From Streptacidiphilus anmyonensis (GTDB taxonomy: Bacteria; Actinomycetota; Actinomycetes; Streptomycetales; Streptomycetaceae), in assembly GCF_000787855.1 (NCBI RefSeq), contig NZ_BBPQ01000012.1, positions 86,383-110,382 on the forward strand: a stretch of 24,000 bases of DNA. Reading direction: 5' to 3'. The position numbers and the translations under genes were made by a program. Every line of letters starts with the position of its first letter. Position 1 is the stretch's first letter. The notes under the pieces were generated by a model. It ran no database searches, was not told where the DNA came from, and was given only the letters and a program-made list of their open reading frames with translations. Below, piece after piece: positions 6,913 through 16,792 of the stretch.

Positions 6913-7890
6913 CTACTGGGAGAGCGCCTCTTCGTACAGCGCCTGGGTGTCCGCGCCGAAGACGATGCTGTAGGAGACGTCCGCGGTGTCGCCGCCCTGC
7001 TGGTAGCCGCCGATGACGCCGATGATGCTGCCGGCGTCCGCGTCGGAGTCGTAACCCGCGAGCCACGCGGTGCCGCTGGTGCCGCCGGTGAAGGCCGTGC
7101 AGTCGATGACGAGCTGCGTCTGCGAGAAGGCCGCCGCGTCGCCGGTGCAGGTGATGGGCTCGTCCGTCGCGGAGGGGTAGCCGGTCAACTGGACGGTGGC
7201 GTCGGTCGTGCCGGAGGTCGAGAGGGTGTAGCCGCCGCCGACCGAGGACTCCAGGCTCCGCCCGTTCTGGGGGGCGACGACGGCGAAGGCCACGTCGTCG
7301 TCCTGGTCGCCGTCGCCGGTCCACGCGGAGTTCTCGATGACCTGGGTGATGTGCCAGACGCCGTCCGGGGCGCTGCCGTCGCGATAGCCGGGGACGAAGA
7401 CCGCACTGGTCCCGCCCGCGCTCAGGCAGTGTCCGGCGGTCACGATGAGATCGCCGGCGGGGCTGTCCACGACGCTCGCGGTGCAGTGGTGGTTGCCGGG
7501 CGTGATCGAGGACGAGGAGAAGATCGCCCCGACCTTCGCGCTCTGCTGCGACGCCGTCAGGACCTGTGACTGCCCGGTCGTCGTCCGCGGCACGTTGCCG
7601 CCGGAGGCCGCCGAGGGCGTGGGGGAGGGTGAGGCGGTGGCGGCGGTCGTCGCCGTCCTGCTCGGGCTCGCCGACGCGGACGCGGACGCCTTGACCGTGG
7701 CGGTCGCGCTCGGGGAGGCGGCTGCGGCCTTGGCCGCGGCGGGCGGGGACGCGCTGGAGCCCGCGGACGCGCGGCTCTTGCCGTGAGGGGTGGACGCCCA
7801 GGCCGTGGCGACGCCCGCGCCGGTGCCGGTGACGATCAGGCCCGCGGCGGCCAGCGCGGCGAACTTTCGTGCGGCCCTGTCCATCGCCAT
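6913..7890 (-). CDS. Secreted trypsin-like (S1 family, V8/Glu-endopeptidase-like) serine protease
   Basis: ATG 7890 is preceded by GGGAGGAAGGGG. It has a signal peptide (AALAAAGLIVTGTGAGVATAWA) and an Ala/Ser/Pro/Thr linker. The catalytic triad context is TAGHC (His), DDDVAFAVV (Asp) and GGTSGTAW (Ser). The track ORF to 8229 is an over-extension. Confidence 0.85.
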   Translation of the reverse strand: MAMDRAARKFAALAAAGLIVTGTGAGVATAWASTPHGKSRASAGSSASPPAAAKAAAASPSATATVKASASASASPSRTATTAATASPSPTPSAASGGNVPRTTTGQSQVLTASQQSAKVGAIFSSSSITPGNHHCTASVVDSPAGDLIVTAGHCLSAGGTSAVFVPGYRDGSAPDGVWHITQVIENSAWTGDGDQDDDVAFAVVAPQNGRSLESSVGGGYTLSTSGTTDATVQLTGYPSATDEPITCTGDAAAFSQTQLVIDCTAFTGGTSGTAWLAGYDSDADAGSIIGVIGGYQQGGDTADVSYSIVFGADTQALYEEALSQ

Positions 7891-8041
7891 CCCCTTCCTC
7901 CCGTTTCGCATATCGAGACTTCCCCGTCGGCCTGAGACGGCGGTGGGAGCTTTATGGGAGCTGGATGAGAAGCTCGGTTCACGAACCGCGACCGGTACCG
8001 ACACCTGTTCGGACCGGATCGCCGAAACAATGGGGTGTGGA

Positions 8042-8845
8042 ATGAGCGGAGCTGTCATGACGGCCGCCGCCGGGCTGGCCGGAGCGTCCGGTTGGACCCA
8101 GGCGGGGGTCGCGCTGGCAGGCGTCGGAGCCGGGCTGATCAACACCGTGGTCGGCTCGGGGACGCTGATCACGTTCCCGGTGCTGCTCGCGGCGGGTCTG
8201 CCGCCGGTGACGGCCAACGTGTCCAACACGCTGGGCCTGGTGCCGGGCTCGGTGAGCGGCGTGCTCGGCTACCGGCGGGAGCTGACGGGCCTCGCGCCGC
8301 TGCTGCGCAGGCTCGGCGTCGCCGCGCTCGCGGGCGGCCTGACGGGTGCGGTGCTGCTGCTGGCGCTGCCCGCCAAGGCGTTCGAGGCGGCGGTGCCGGT
8401 GCTGATCGCCGCCGCACTGGCGCTGGTCCTGGCGCAGCCGCTGCTGGCCAAGCGCCTCGCCGCGCGCGCCGAGACCCGCCCGCGGCCGGAGTACGGCGGG
8501 CGGGCGCTGCTGGTGGGCGTCTACCTGTGCGGCATCTACGGCGGTTACTTCGGCGCGGCCCAGGGCGTCCTGCTGCTCGGGCTGATGGGCGTGCTGCTCG
8601 ATCTGGAACTGCAGCGGATCAACGCCGTGAAGAACGTGCTGGCGCTCGCGGTCAACGGGATCGCGGCGGTCCTCTTCCTCGTCGACGGTCCGATCGACTG
8701 GCGTGCGGCGCTGCTGATCGCGGCGGGGTCGGTCGTCGGCGGTCAGGTCGGCGCGCTGGTCGGCCGGCGCCTGCCCGCACCGGTGCTGCGCGGCGTGATC
8801 GTCGCGGTGGGCGTGGTGGCGATCATCCGCGTCGCGCTGGGGTAG
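8042..8845 (+). CDS. TauE/SafE-family sulfite/anion exporter
   Basis: Polytopic membrane protein. The sequence GLINTVVGSGTLITFPVLLAAGLPPVTANVSNT and the second-half repeat GGYFGAAQGVLLLGLM are typical of TauE/SafE. Start is ambiguous among ATG 8030, 8042 and 8057; 8057 has GGAG 5 nt upstream. Confidence 0.8.
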   Translation: MSGAVMTAAAGLAGASGWTQAGVALAGVGAGLINTVVGSGTLITFPVLLAAGLPPVTANVSNTLGLVPGSVSGVLGYRRELTGLAPLLRRLGVAALAGGLTGAVLLLALPAKAFEAAVPVLIAAALALVLAQPLLAKRLAARAETRPRPEYGGRALLVGVYLCGIYGGYFGAAQGVLLLGLMGVLLDLELQRINAVKNVLALAVNGIAAVLFLVDGPIDWRAALLIAAGSVVGGQVGALVGRRLPAPVLRGVIVAVGVVAIIRVALG

Positions 8846-8863
8846 TCGGCTCCGGGGTGGCCG

Positions 8864-9331
8864 CTACTCCTCGACGGGCCCGGCGAGGGACCAGCCGGGC
8901 ACCTGGTAGTGGGGGGTCACCGAGCCCCGGCGGAGTTCCTCGCCGCAGGCGCGGCAGCAGATCCGCGCCGAGACGTCCGCGCCGCAGTCGTGCTCCCAGA
9001 CCAGCGGCGGGGTCTGCGCCAGGTGCCGGTCGCCCCACTCCTTGAGCAGCAGCAGCACGGGCTGCAACTCCCGTCCGGCCTTGGTCGGGAGGTACTCGTA
9101 GCGGACGGGACGGTCCTGGTAGGGGACCTTCTCCAGCACGCCCGCCTCGACCAGCTTGCGCAGCCGGGCGGTCAGGATGTCGCGCGGGGCGCCGGTGTTG
9201 CGGGCGATGGCGTCGAAGCGCCGCACCCCGAAGAGCGTCTCGCGGAGCACCAGCAGCGCGTACTTGTCGCCGACGACGCCGAGGGCGTCGGCGATGGAGC
9301 AGGGGCGCGGCTGCGGCTTCGACGCGGTCAT
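8864..9331 (-). CDS. HxlR-family winged-helix transcriptional regulator with Cys-rich C-terminal extension
   Basis: CSIADALGVVGDKYALLVLRETLFGVRRFDAIARNTGAPRDILTARLRKLVEAGVLEKV...YEYLPTKAG is the canonical HxlR pattern. A ~45-aa tail carries HDC...CC-x2-C. Confidence 0.85.
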   Translation of the reverse strand: MTASKPQPRPCSIADALGVVGDKYALLVLRETLFGVRRFDAIARNTGAPRDILTARLRKLVEAGVLEKVPYQDRPVRYEYLPTKAGRELQPVLLLLKEWGDRHLAQTPPLVWEHDCGADVSARICCRACGEELRRGSVTPHYQVPGWSLAGPVEE

Positions 9332-9361
9332 GGGGGAAGCCTACGCCCGACAGGGTTTGAT

Positions 9362-9405
9362 TTTCCTACTCACCGACCTATAGTGAATCCAGATTTCCTA
9401 CTGAC
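9362..9405. promoter_or_regulatory. Direct repeat TTTCCTACT[C/G]AC x2 in the hxlR-like/thiolase divergent intergenic region
   Basis: Copies at 9362-9373 and 9394-9405, spaced 32 bp apart, in the lowest-GC patch of the 101-bp intergenic region. This is a candidate operator. The function is inferred, not shown. Confidence 0.4.
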
Positions 9406-9432
9406 TGGTAATCCACGGGCCTGGAGGCCGCC

Positions 9433-10617
9433 ATGAGGGATGCAGTGATCGTCGAGGCCGTGCGCACGCCGATCGGCAAGGGCAAGCAGGGCGGCGCCCT
9501 GTCGTCCGTCCACCCCGTCGAACTGCTCGCGCACACCCTGCGCACGCTGGTCGAGCGCACCGGCATCGATCCGGCCCTGGTGGACGACGTCGTCGGCGGC
9601 ACCGTCGACCAGGTCGGCGAGCAGGCGATGAACACCACGCGCTACGCCTGGCTCTCCGCAGGCTTCCCCGAGTCCGTCCCGGCGACGACGGTCGACCGGC
9701 AGTGCGGGTCGTCGCAGCAGGCCGTGCACTTCGCCGCGCAGGGAGTCATCGCGGGCGCCTACGACCTCGTGATCGCCTGCGGCGTCGAGTCGATGAGCCG
9801 CGTCCCGATGTGGTCCAACGTGCCGCCGGGCGCGGACCCCTTCGGGCCCGGCGTCGCCGCGCGTTACCCCGAGGGCCTCGTGCCGCAGGGCATCAGCGCC
9901 GAACTGATCGCCGCCCACTGGAAGCTGGACCGCGAGGCGATGGACGCGTTCGCCGCCGACTCGCACGCCAAGGCCGCGCGCGCCTGGGAGGCAGGCCTCT
10001 TCGACGCCGAGACGGCGCCGGTCACGACGCCGTCGGGCGCGCTCGTCACCCGGGACGAGAGCGTGCGCCCGACGACCACGCCCGAGATCCTGGCCGGCTT
10101 GCGGCCCGCCTTCGCGGACGAGGGCTTCGCGGCCCGTTTCCCGCAGATCGACTGGTCCGTCACCGCGGGCAACAGCAGTCCGACCAACGACGGCGCGGCG
10201 GCCGTCCTGATCACCAGCAGCGAGACCGCCGCACGGCTGGGCCTGCGGCCGCTCGCCCGCCTCCACAGCTTCGCCGTCACCGGCTCCGACCCGATCATGA
10301 TGCTGACCGGCGTCATCCCGGCCACCGAGCGGGTGCTGCGCCGGGCCGGGCTCGGCCTCGACGACATCGACCTCTTCGAGGTCAACGAGGCGTTCGCCAG
10401 CGTCCCGCTCGCCTGGCTCGCCGAGACGGGCGCGGACCCGGCCCGCCTCAACGTCCACGGCGGCGCGATCGCCCTCGGCCACCCGCTCGGCGCGAGCGGC
10501 GCCCGCCTGATGACGACGCTCGTCCACGCGATGCGGGAGCGCGGAGCGCGCTACGCCCTGCAGACGATGTGCGAGGCGGGCGGCCTCGCCAACGCGACCG
10601 TGCTGGAACGGATCTGA
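9433..10617 (+). CDS. Acetyl-CoA C-acyltransferase (thiolase family)
   Basis: 394 aa. Contains MRDAVIVEAVRTPIGK, the active-site Cys context VDRQCGSSQQA, and C-terminal NVHGGAIALGHPLGASG and MCEAGGLA. Confidence 0.9.
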   Translation: MRDAVIVEAVRTPIGKGKQGGALSSVHPVELLAHTLRTLVERTGIDPALVDDVVGGTVDQVGEQAMNTTRYAWLSAGFPESVPATTVDRQCGSSQQAVHFAAQGVIAGAYDLVIACGVESMSRVPMWSNVPPGADPFGPGVAARYPEGLVPQGISAELIAAHWKLDREAMDAFAADSHAKAARAWEAGLFDAETAPVTTPSGALVTRDESVRPTTTPEILAGLRPAFADEGFAARFPQIDWSVTAGNSSPTNDGAAAVLITSSETAARLGLRPLARLHSFAVTGSDPIMMLTGVIPATERVLRRAGLGLDDIDLFEVNEAFASVPLAWLAETGADPARLNVHGGAIALGHPLGASGARLMTTLVHAMRERGARYALQTMCEAGGLANATVLERI

Positions 10618-10629
10618 CGGTCCCCGTCA

Positions 10630-10650
10630 GGCGGGGCGCGAGGCCCCGTC
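10630..10650 (+). terminator. Short GC hairpin after the thiolase gene
   Basis: GGGGC (10633-10637) pairs with GCCCC (10643-10647), with 2-3 flanking pairs. It lies 13 nt after the stop. Confidence 0.3.
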
Positions 10651-10758
10651 GGGCGGACCTTCCGCACCAGCCCGGGCGGTCGGCGCGCGCGATCACGAGG
10701 CGGCGACCGCCCTCGTGCCGGGGCCGTACGCGGGTGGTTCGCCGGCGCAGCCCGGGGC

Positions 10759-10783
10759 CACCCCCGGCTCCAGGCCGGGGGTG
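10759..10783 (-). terminator. Perfect 10-bp hairpin downstream of geoA
   Basis: CACCCCCGGC (10759-10768), loop TCCAG, GCCGGGGGTG (10774-10783). It lies 46 nt beyond the geoA stop, between convergent genes. Confidence 0.6.
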
Positions 10784-10828
10784 TGCGTGCCGGGCGTGCC
10801 GGGCCCGGAAGGTTCCGCCGGACGGGGC

Positions 10829-13087
<2,259 letters not shown>

Positions 13088-13120
13088 CTACCCCGCCGGA
13101 AAAACGGTCATCCAGGGTCG

Positions 13121-13144
13121 GAAGTAGTCATATCGTCCTACTTC
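13121..13144 (-). other. 7-bp inverted repeat GAAGTAG-N10-CTACTTC spanning the CGNR gene stop codon, 42 nt upstream of geoA
   Basis: Read directly. It is AT-richer than its surroundings. It could be a weak attenuating hairpin or a protein-binding palindrome. Confidence 0.35.
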
Positions 13145-13731
13145 ACGGAGTCCGCCGCGCGGCGCGCCCGCAGCGCCCGCACCCGTCCGCGACTCGCACA
13201 CGCCGGGGACGGGCACCAACGACGCCGCCCCGTGGGGTCGCTGAAGAGGCCGAGGCAGTCCTGTTCCGGGCAGGTCCGCAGGGTCAGCCGCTCGGGGCCG
13301 GTCAGGTGGTCGACGGCCTGCCGCGCGACCCGCGCCAGCGCGGCGGCGGTGGTGGGCGGCGCGGCGCGCAGCATCCGCCCGCCGTCCTCGCCGCTCTCCT
13401 CGTCGTCCCCGTGGAGCAGCCGGATCGGGTCGTCGTGCTCCCGCAGGAACCGCGCCAGCTCCCGCATCGCCGCGCCCGGCACGTACTGGTGGGTGACCTG
13501 CGCCCAGGCGATGGCCCGGATCGGCTTGCGCAGCCCCTGGGCCAGCCGGACGTCGTCCTCGGTCACGGGCTTCACCGGGGTGAGCTCGTGCAGGGCGAGC
13601 CAGCGGGCCAGCCGCTCGGCTGTCGCGATCCGCTCGACCGGCGTGGCGGTCGGGAGGCGGCCCTGGGTCGCCAGCAGGTTGAGCCACGTCGCCCCGCAGT
13701 CGAGGCGGAAGGCGAGGTCGTCGTCGGACAT
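13138..13731 (-). CDS. ABATE-domain / CGNR zinc-finger protein (putative stress-induced transcription regulator family)
   Basis: 197 aa. The N-terminal FRLDCGATWLNLLAT is ABATE-like. The C-terminal C-x4-C...RRRWC-x4-CASRGRVRALRARR matches the CGNR zinc-finger layout, with CASR replacing CGNR. Confidence 0.75.
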   Translation of the reverse strand: MSDDDLAFRLDCGATWLNLLATQGRLPTATPVERIATAERLARWLALHELTPVKPVTEDDVRLAQGLRKPIRAIAWAQVTHQYVPGAAMRELARFLREHDDPIRLLHGDDEESGEDGGRMLRAAPPTTAAALARVARQAVDHLTGPERLTLRTCPEQDCLGLFSDPTGRRRWCPSPACASRGRVRALRARRAADSVK

Positions 13732-13739
13732 GCGCGAAT

Positions 13740-13800
13740 CGTAACGGGTGAGGCGTTACGCGTGCTACGGTCCTGCCATCGGTAACGGCTCAGCCGTTAC
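13740..13800. promoter_or_regulatory. Cluster of GTAACGG half-sites (two palindromes) in the CGNR / CMD-PTE divergent region
   Basis: CGTAACG-N7-CGTTACG at 13740-13760. A degenerate GCTACGG at 13764-13770. A perfect 19-bp palindrome GTAACGGCT-C-AGCCGTTAC at 13782-13800. Confidence 0.55.
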
Positions 13801-13824
13801 GGCAGAACTCGGGGAGGCAGACGG

Positions 13825-14232
13825 ATGCAGGACCGGTTCACCCGTGCGACGCTCGACCGGGACGCGGGATACGCGCTGCTTGACGAGGTGCAGGACGCCG
13901 CGACACAACAGGCCGCGCTGCCGGCGCTGGAGGGGCTGGCGCCGGGCTTCGCCGACTGGGTGGTCACCGCCCTCTTCGGCGGCACCTACCAGCGCGAGGG
14001 GCTCTCGCTGCGGGACCGTCAGCTGCTCAACCTCGCCGCGCTGACCGCATTGGGCGGCGTCGAACCCCAGCTGACCGGGCACGTGCGGAGCAGCCTGCGG
14101 ATCGGCGTCAGCCGGGAGGAGATCGTCGAGAGCATGGTGCACCTGGCGCCGTACGTCGGCGTCCCGAAGGCTCTGGCGGGCCTGCGCGCGGTGGGCGCCG
14201 CGTTCGCGTCGGTGGACGGGGAGGGCGTGTGA
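13825..14232 (+). CDS. Carboxymuconolactone decarboxylase (CMD/AhpD-like) family protein
   Basis: 135 aa. GGGGAGG SD lies 8 nt upstream. LSLRDRQLLNLAALTALGG...QLTGHVRSSLRIGVSREEIVESMVHLAPYVGVP is the CMD-family core. Confidence 0.8.
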   Translation: MQDRFTRATLDRDAGYALLDEVQDAATQQAALPALEGLAPGFADWVVTALFGGTYQREGLSLRDRQLLNLAALTALGGVEPQLTGHVRSSLRIGVSREEIVESMVHLAPYVGVPKALAGLRAVGAAFASVDGEGV

Positions 14233-15140
14233 AGTCCGTCGTCCGGACCGTGCTGGGGGACGTGGATCCGGACGTGCTGGGCCGGGTCGACGCGCACGAC
14301 CACCTGTTCCTCCGCTCGCGGCAGCTGCCCGGCCAGGAGTTGGACGACGCCTCGGCGGCGCGGACGGAGCTGGCGGAGTTCGCCCGCCTCGGCGGCGCGA
14401 CGGTGGTCCAGTGGACCCCCTACGGCCTGGGGCGCCGGGCGGCTGAACTGCCGTTTCTGGCACGGGAGACGGGCGTCCACCTGATCGCCGCGACGGGGCT
14501 GCACCAGGCCCGCCACTACGCCGACGACGTGCTCGCGGCGGTCGCCGGACCCCGCCTCGCGGAGGTGTTCGTCCGCGAGCTGACGCAGGGGATCACCGGC
14601 GCCCCCGGCGTCCGTGCGGGGCTCGTCAAGGTGGCGGGCGGCTACCACGGCCTCGACCCCCACGCCCGCTGGACCATGACCGCGGCGGCGGAGGCCCACC
14701 GCGCGACCGGGGCGACCGTCGGCGTCCACCTGGAGCACGGCAGCTCAGGGCTCGAGGTGGCCCAGTTGCTCTGCGGGGAGCTGGGCGTCGCGCCGGAGTC
14801 GGTGATCCTCGGCCACCTGAACCGGTTCCCCGACGACCGTGCCCTGCGCGAACTGGCGGCGACGGGCTGCTTTCTGGGCTTCGAGGGGCCGTCGCGCGCC
14901 CATCACGCCACGGACTGGCGGCTGTTCGACGCGCTGGCGGCGCTGATCGACGCGGGGCATGCGGACCGGCTCCTCCTCGGTGGCGACACGGTCGTCGCCT
15001 CGGCCCGCGCCACGACGGGCGAGGGCCCGGGGCTTCCCTACCTCCCCCGGGTCCTCTGGCCGCGCCTGGCGCGGGAGTTCGGCCGGGAGGGCGAGACGGC
15101 GGTCACGGTGGCCAATCCCGCCAGGGCACTGGTGCTCTGA
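14229..15140 (+). CDS. Phosphotriesterase-family (amidohydrolase superfamily) hydrolase
   Basis: 303 aa. The GTG start overlaps the CMD stop (GTGA). Putative metal ligands occur in family order: AHDH, VKVAGG, VHLEH, GHL, GGDT. Confidence 0.75.
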   Translation: MKSVVRTVLGDVDPDVLGRVDAHDHLFLRSRQLPGQELDDASAARTELAEFARLGGATVVQWTPYGLGRRAAELPFLARETGVHLIAATGLHQARHYADDVLAAVAGPRLAEVFVRELTQGITGAPGVRAGLVKVAGGYHGLDPHARWTMTAAAEAHRATGATVGVHLEHGSSGLEVAQLLCGELGVAPESVILGHLNRFPDDRALRELAATGCFLGFEGPSRAHHATDWRLFDALAALIDAGHADRLLLGGDTVVASARATTGEGPGLPYLPRVLWPRLAREFGREGETAVTVANPARALVL

Positions 15141-15157
15141 CGGGCCCTGGACATGCG

Positions 15158-15185
15158 AGGGGTGCGGAGCAGAGCCCCGCGCCCC
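15158..15185. terminator. Bidirectional hairpin between the convergent PTE-family gene and gltX
   Basis: AGGGGTGCGG (15158-15167), loop AGCAGAGC, CCGCGCCCCT (15176-15185). This gives 10 pairs including one G-U. Confidence 0.6.
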
Positions 15186-15201
15186 TGAGAGCCTGTCGCG
15201 A

Positions 15202-16611
15202 CTACAGCTTGGCGATGGCGGCGTCCAGACGGGCCAGGACGCGCTCGCGGCCCAGCGCCTCCAGGGACTCGAACAGCGGGAGGCCCACCGTGCGGCCGGT
15301 GATCGCGACGCGGACCGGGGCCTGCGCCTTGCCCAGCTTGAGGCCGTGCTGCTCGCCGACCGCCAGCAGCGTCTCCTTCAGCGGCTCGGCCGCCCACGGA
15401 GCGGTCTCGAACGCGGCGCGCGCGTCGCGCAGGATCGCGTCCGCGCCCGGCTTCATCGCCTTGGACCAGGACGCCTCGTCCTCCACCGGCTGGTCGAGGA
15501 AGAGGAAGTCGACGTTGGCCGTGATCTCCGACAGGACCGCGAGACGGGTCTGCGCCAACGGCGCGACCGTCTCGAACAGTGCCTGGTCGAACTGCTCCGG
15601 GGCCCAGTTGGCGTAGGGGGCCGTCAGGTACGGCGCGCAGGCCGCGAGGAACCGCTCGGGCGACAGCGCGCGGATGTACTCGCCGTTGAAGGCCGTCAGC
15701 TTCTTGATGTCGAAGAAGGCCGGCGAGGTGTTGACGTCCTCGATCCGGAAGCGGCGGACCAGCTCGTCGAAGGGAAGGATCTCCTCGTCCTCGCCCGGCG
15801 ACCAGCCCAGCAGCATCAGGTAGTTGACCATCGCCTCCGGCAGGAAGCCCTCGGTCAGGTAGTCCTCGAGCGCGACCTTGTCGCGGCGCTTGGAGAGCTT
15901 CTGGCGCTTCTCGTTGACGATCACCGAGAGGTGCGCCCAGACCGGCGGGGTCGCCCCCAGCGCCTCCCAGAGCAGCTGCTGCTTGGGGGTGTTCGACAGG
16001 TGCTCCTCGCCGCGGATCACCTCGGTGATGCTCTCGTCGAGGTCGTCGACGACATTGGCCAGCAGGAAGACGGCGGAGCCGTCGCCGCGGGCGATGACGA
16101 AGTCCTCGATGGCCTTGTTCGGGAAGACGGTGTCGCCGCGGACCACGTCCTTGACGAGGGTCTCGCCCTCGTCGGGCGTGCGGAAGCGCAGCGCGCGGCC
16201 CTCGGCGTACTCAAGGCCCCGGTCGCGGCAGAAGCCGTCGTAGCCGAGGTGCTCGGAGCCGGTGCGGGCGGTCAGCTGCTCGCGGGTGCAGTCGCAGTAG
16301 TAGGCGTGGCCGGCGGCCTTCAGCTGCGCGGCGGCCTCGCGGTGGCGCTCGGCGTTGTGCGACTGGAAGTACGGGCCCTCGAAGGTCGGGTCGTCCTGGT
16401 GGATGCCGATCGCCGCGAGCGCGTTGATGATGCCGTCGGTCCACTCGGGCTTGTTCCGCGCGGCGTCGGTGTCCTCGACGCGCAGCACGAAGACACCGCC
16501 GGACTGTCGCGCCACGGCCCAGTTGTACAGCGCGGAGCGGGCACCGCCGACGTGGAACATGCCGGTGGGCGAGGGGGCGAAGCGGACACGGACCGGGGTG
16601 GCTGCAGACAT
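15202..16611 (-). CDS. gltX: Glutamate--tRNA ligase
   Basis: 469 aa. Contains [24 protein letters not shown] (HIGH-type motif) and KLSKR (KMSKS-type motif). Confidence 0.95.
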   Translation of the reverse strand: MSAATPVRVRFAPSPTGMFHVGGARSALYNWAVARQSGGVFVLRVEDTDAARNKPEWTDGIINALAAIGIHQDDPTFEGPYFQSHNAERHREAAAQLKAAGHAYYCDCTREQLTARTGSEHLGYDGFCRDRGLEYAEGRALRFRTPDEGETLVKDVVRGDTVFPNKAIEDFVIARGDGSAVFLLANVVDDLDESITEVIRGEEHLSNTPKQQLLWEALGATPPVWAHLSVIVNEKRQKLSKRRDKVALEDYLTEGFLPEAMVNYLMLLGWSPGEDEEILPFDELVRRFRIEDVNTSPAFFDIKKLTAFNGEYIRALSPERFLAACAPYLTAPYANWAPEQFDQALFETVAPLAQTRLAVLSEITANVDFLFLDQPVEDEASWSKAMKPGADAILRDARAAFETAPWAAEPLKETLLAVGEQHGLKLGKAQAPVRVAITGRTVGLPLFESLEALGRERVLARLDAAIAKL

Positions 16612-16792
16612 GGGCCAAGCCTATCCGCCACCGGGCCCGGACCCTTCCCCTTATCCGTGCGGCACGACGCGCCGCCCGCCGCGCGGCTGTGACGCGTCGC
16701 ACACCGCTCCAAGATCGAACGAGCCCTGGCTCTCTGTTCGCCGACGTATCGTCGGACGCATTCGTCCGCGCATCAGCCCAGGGGGGCTCCTG

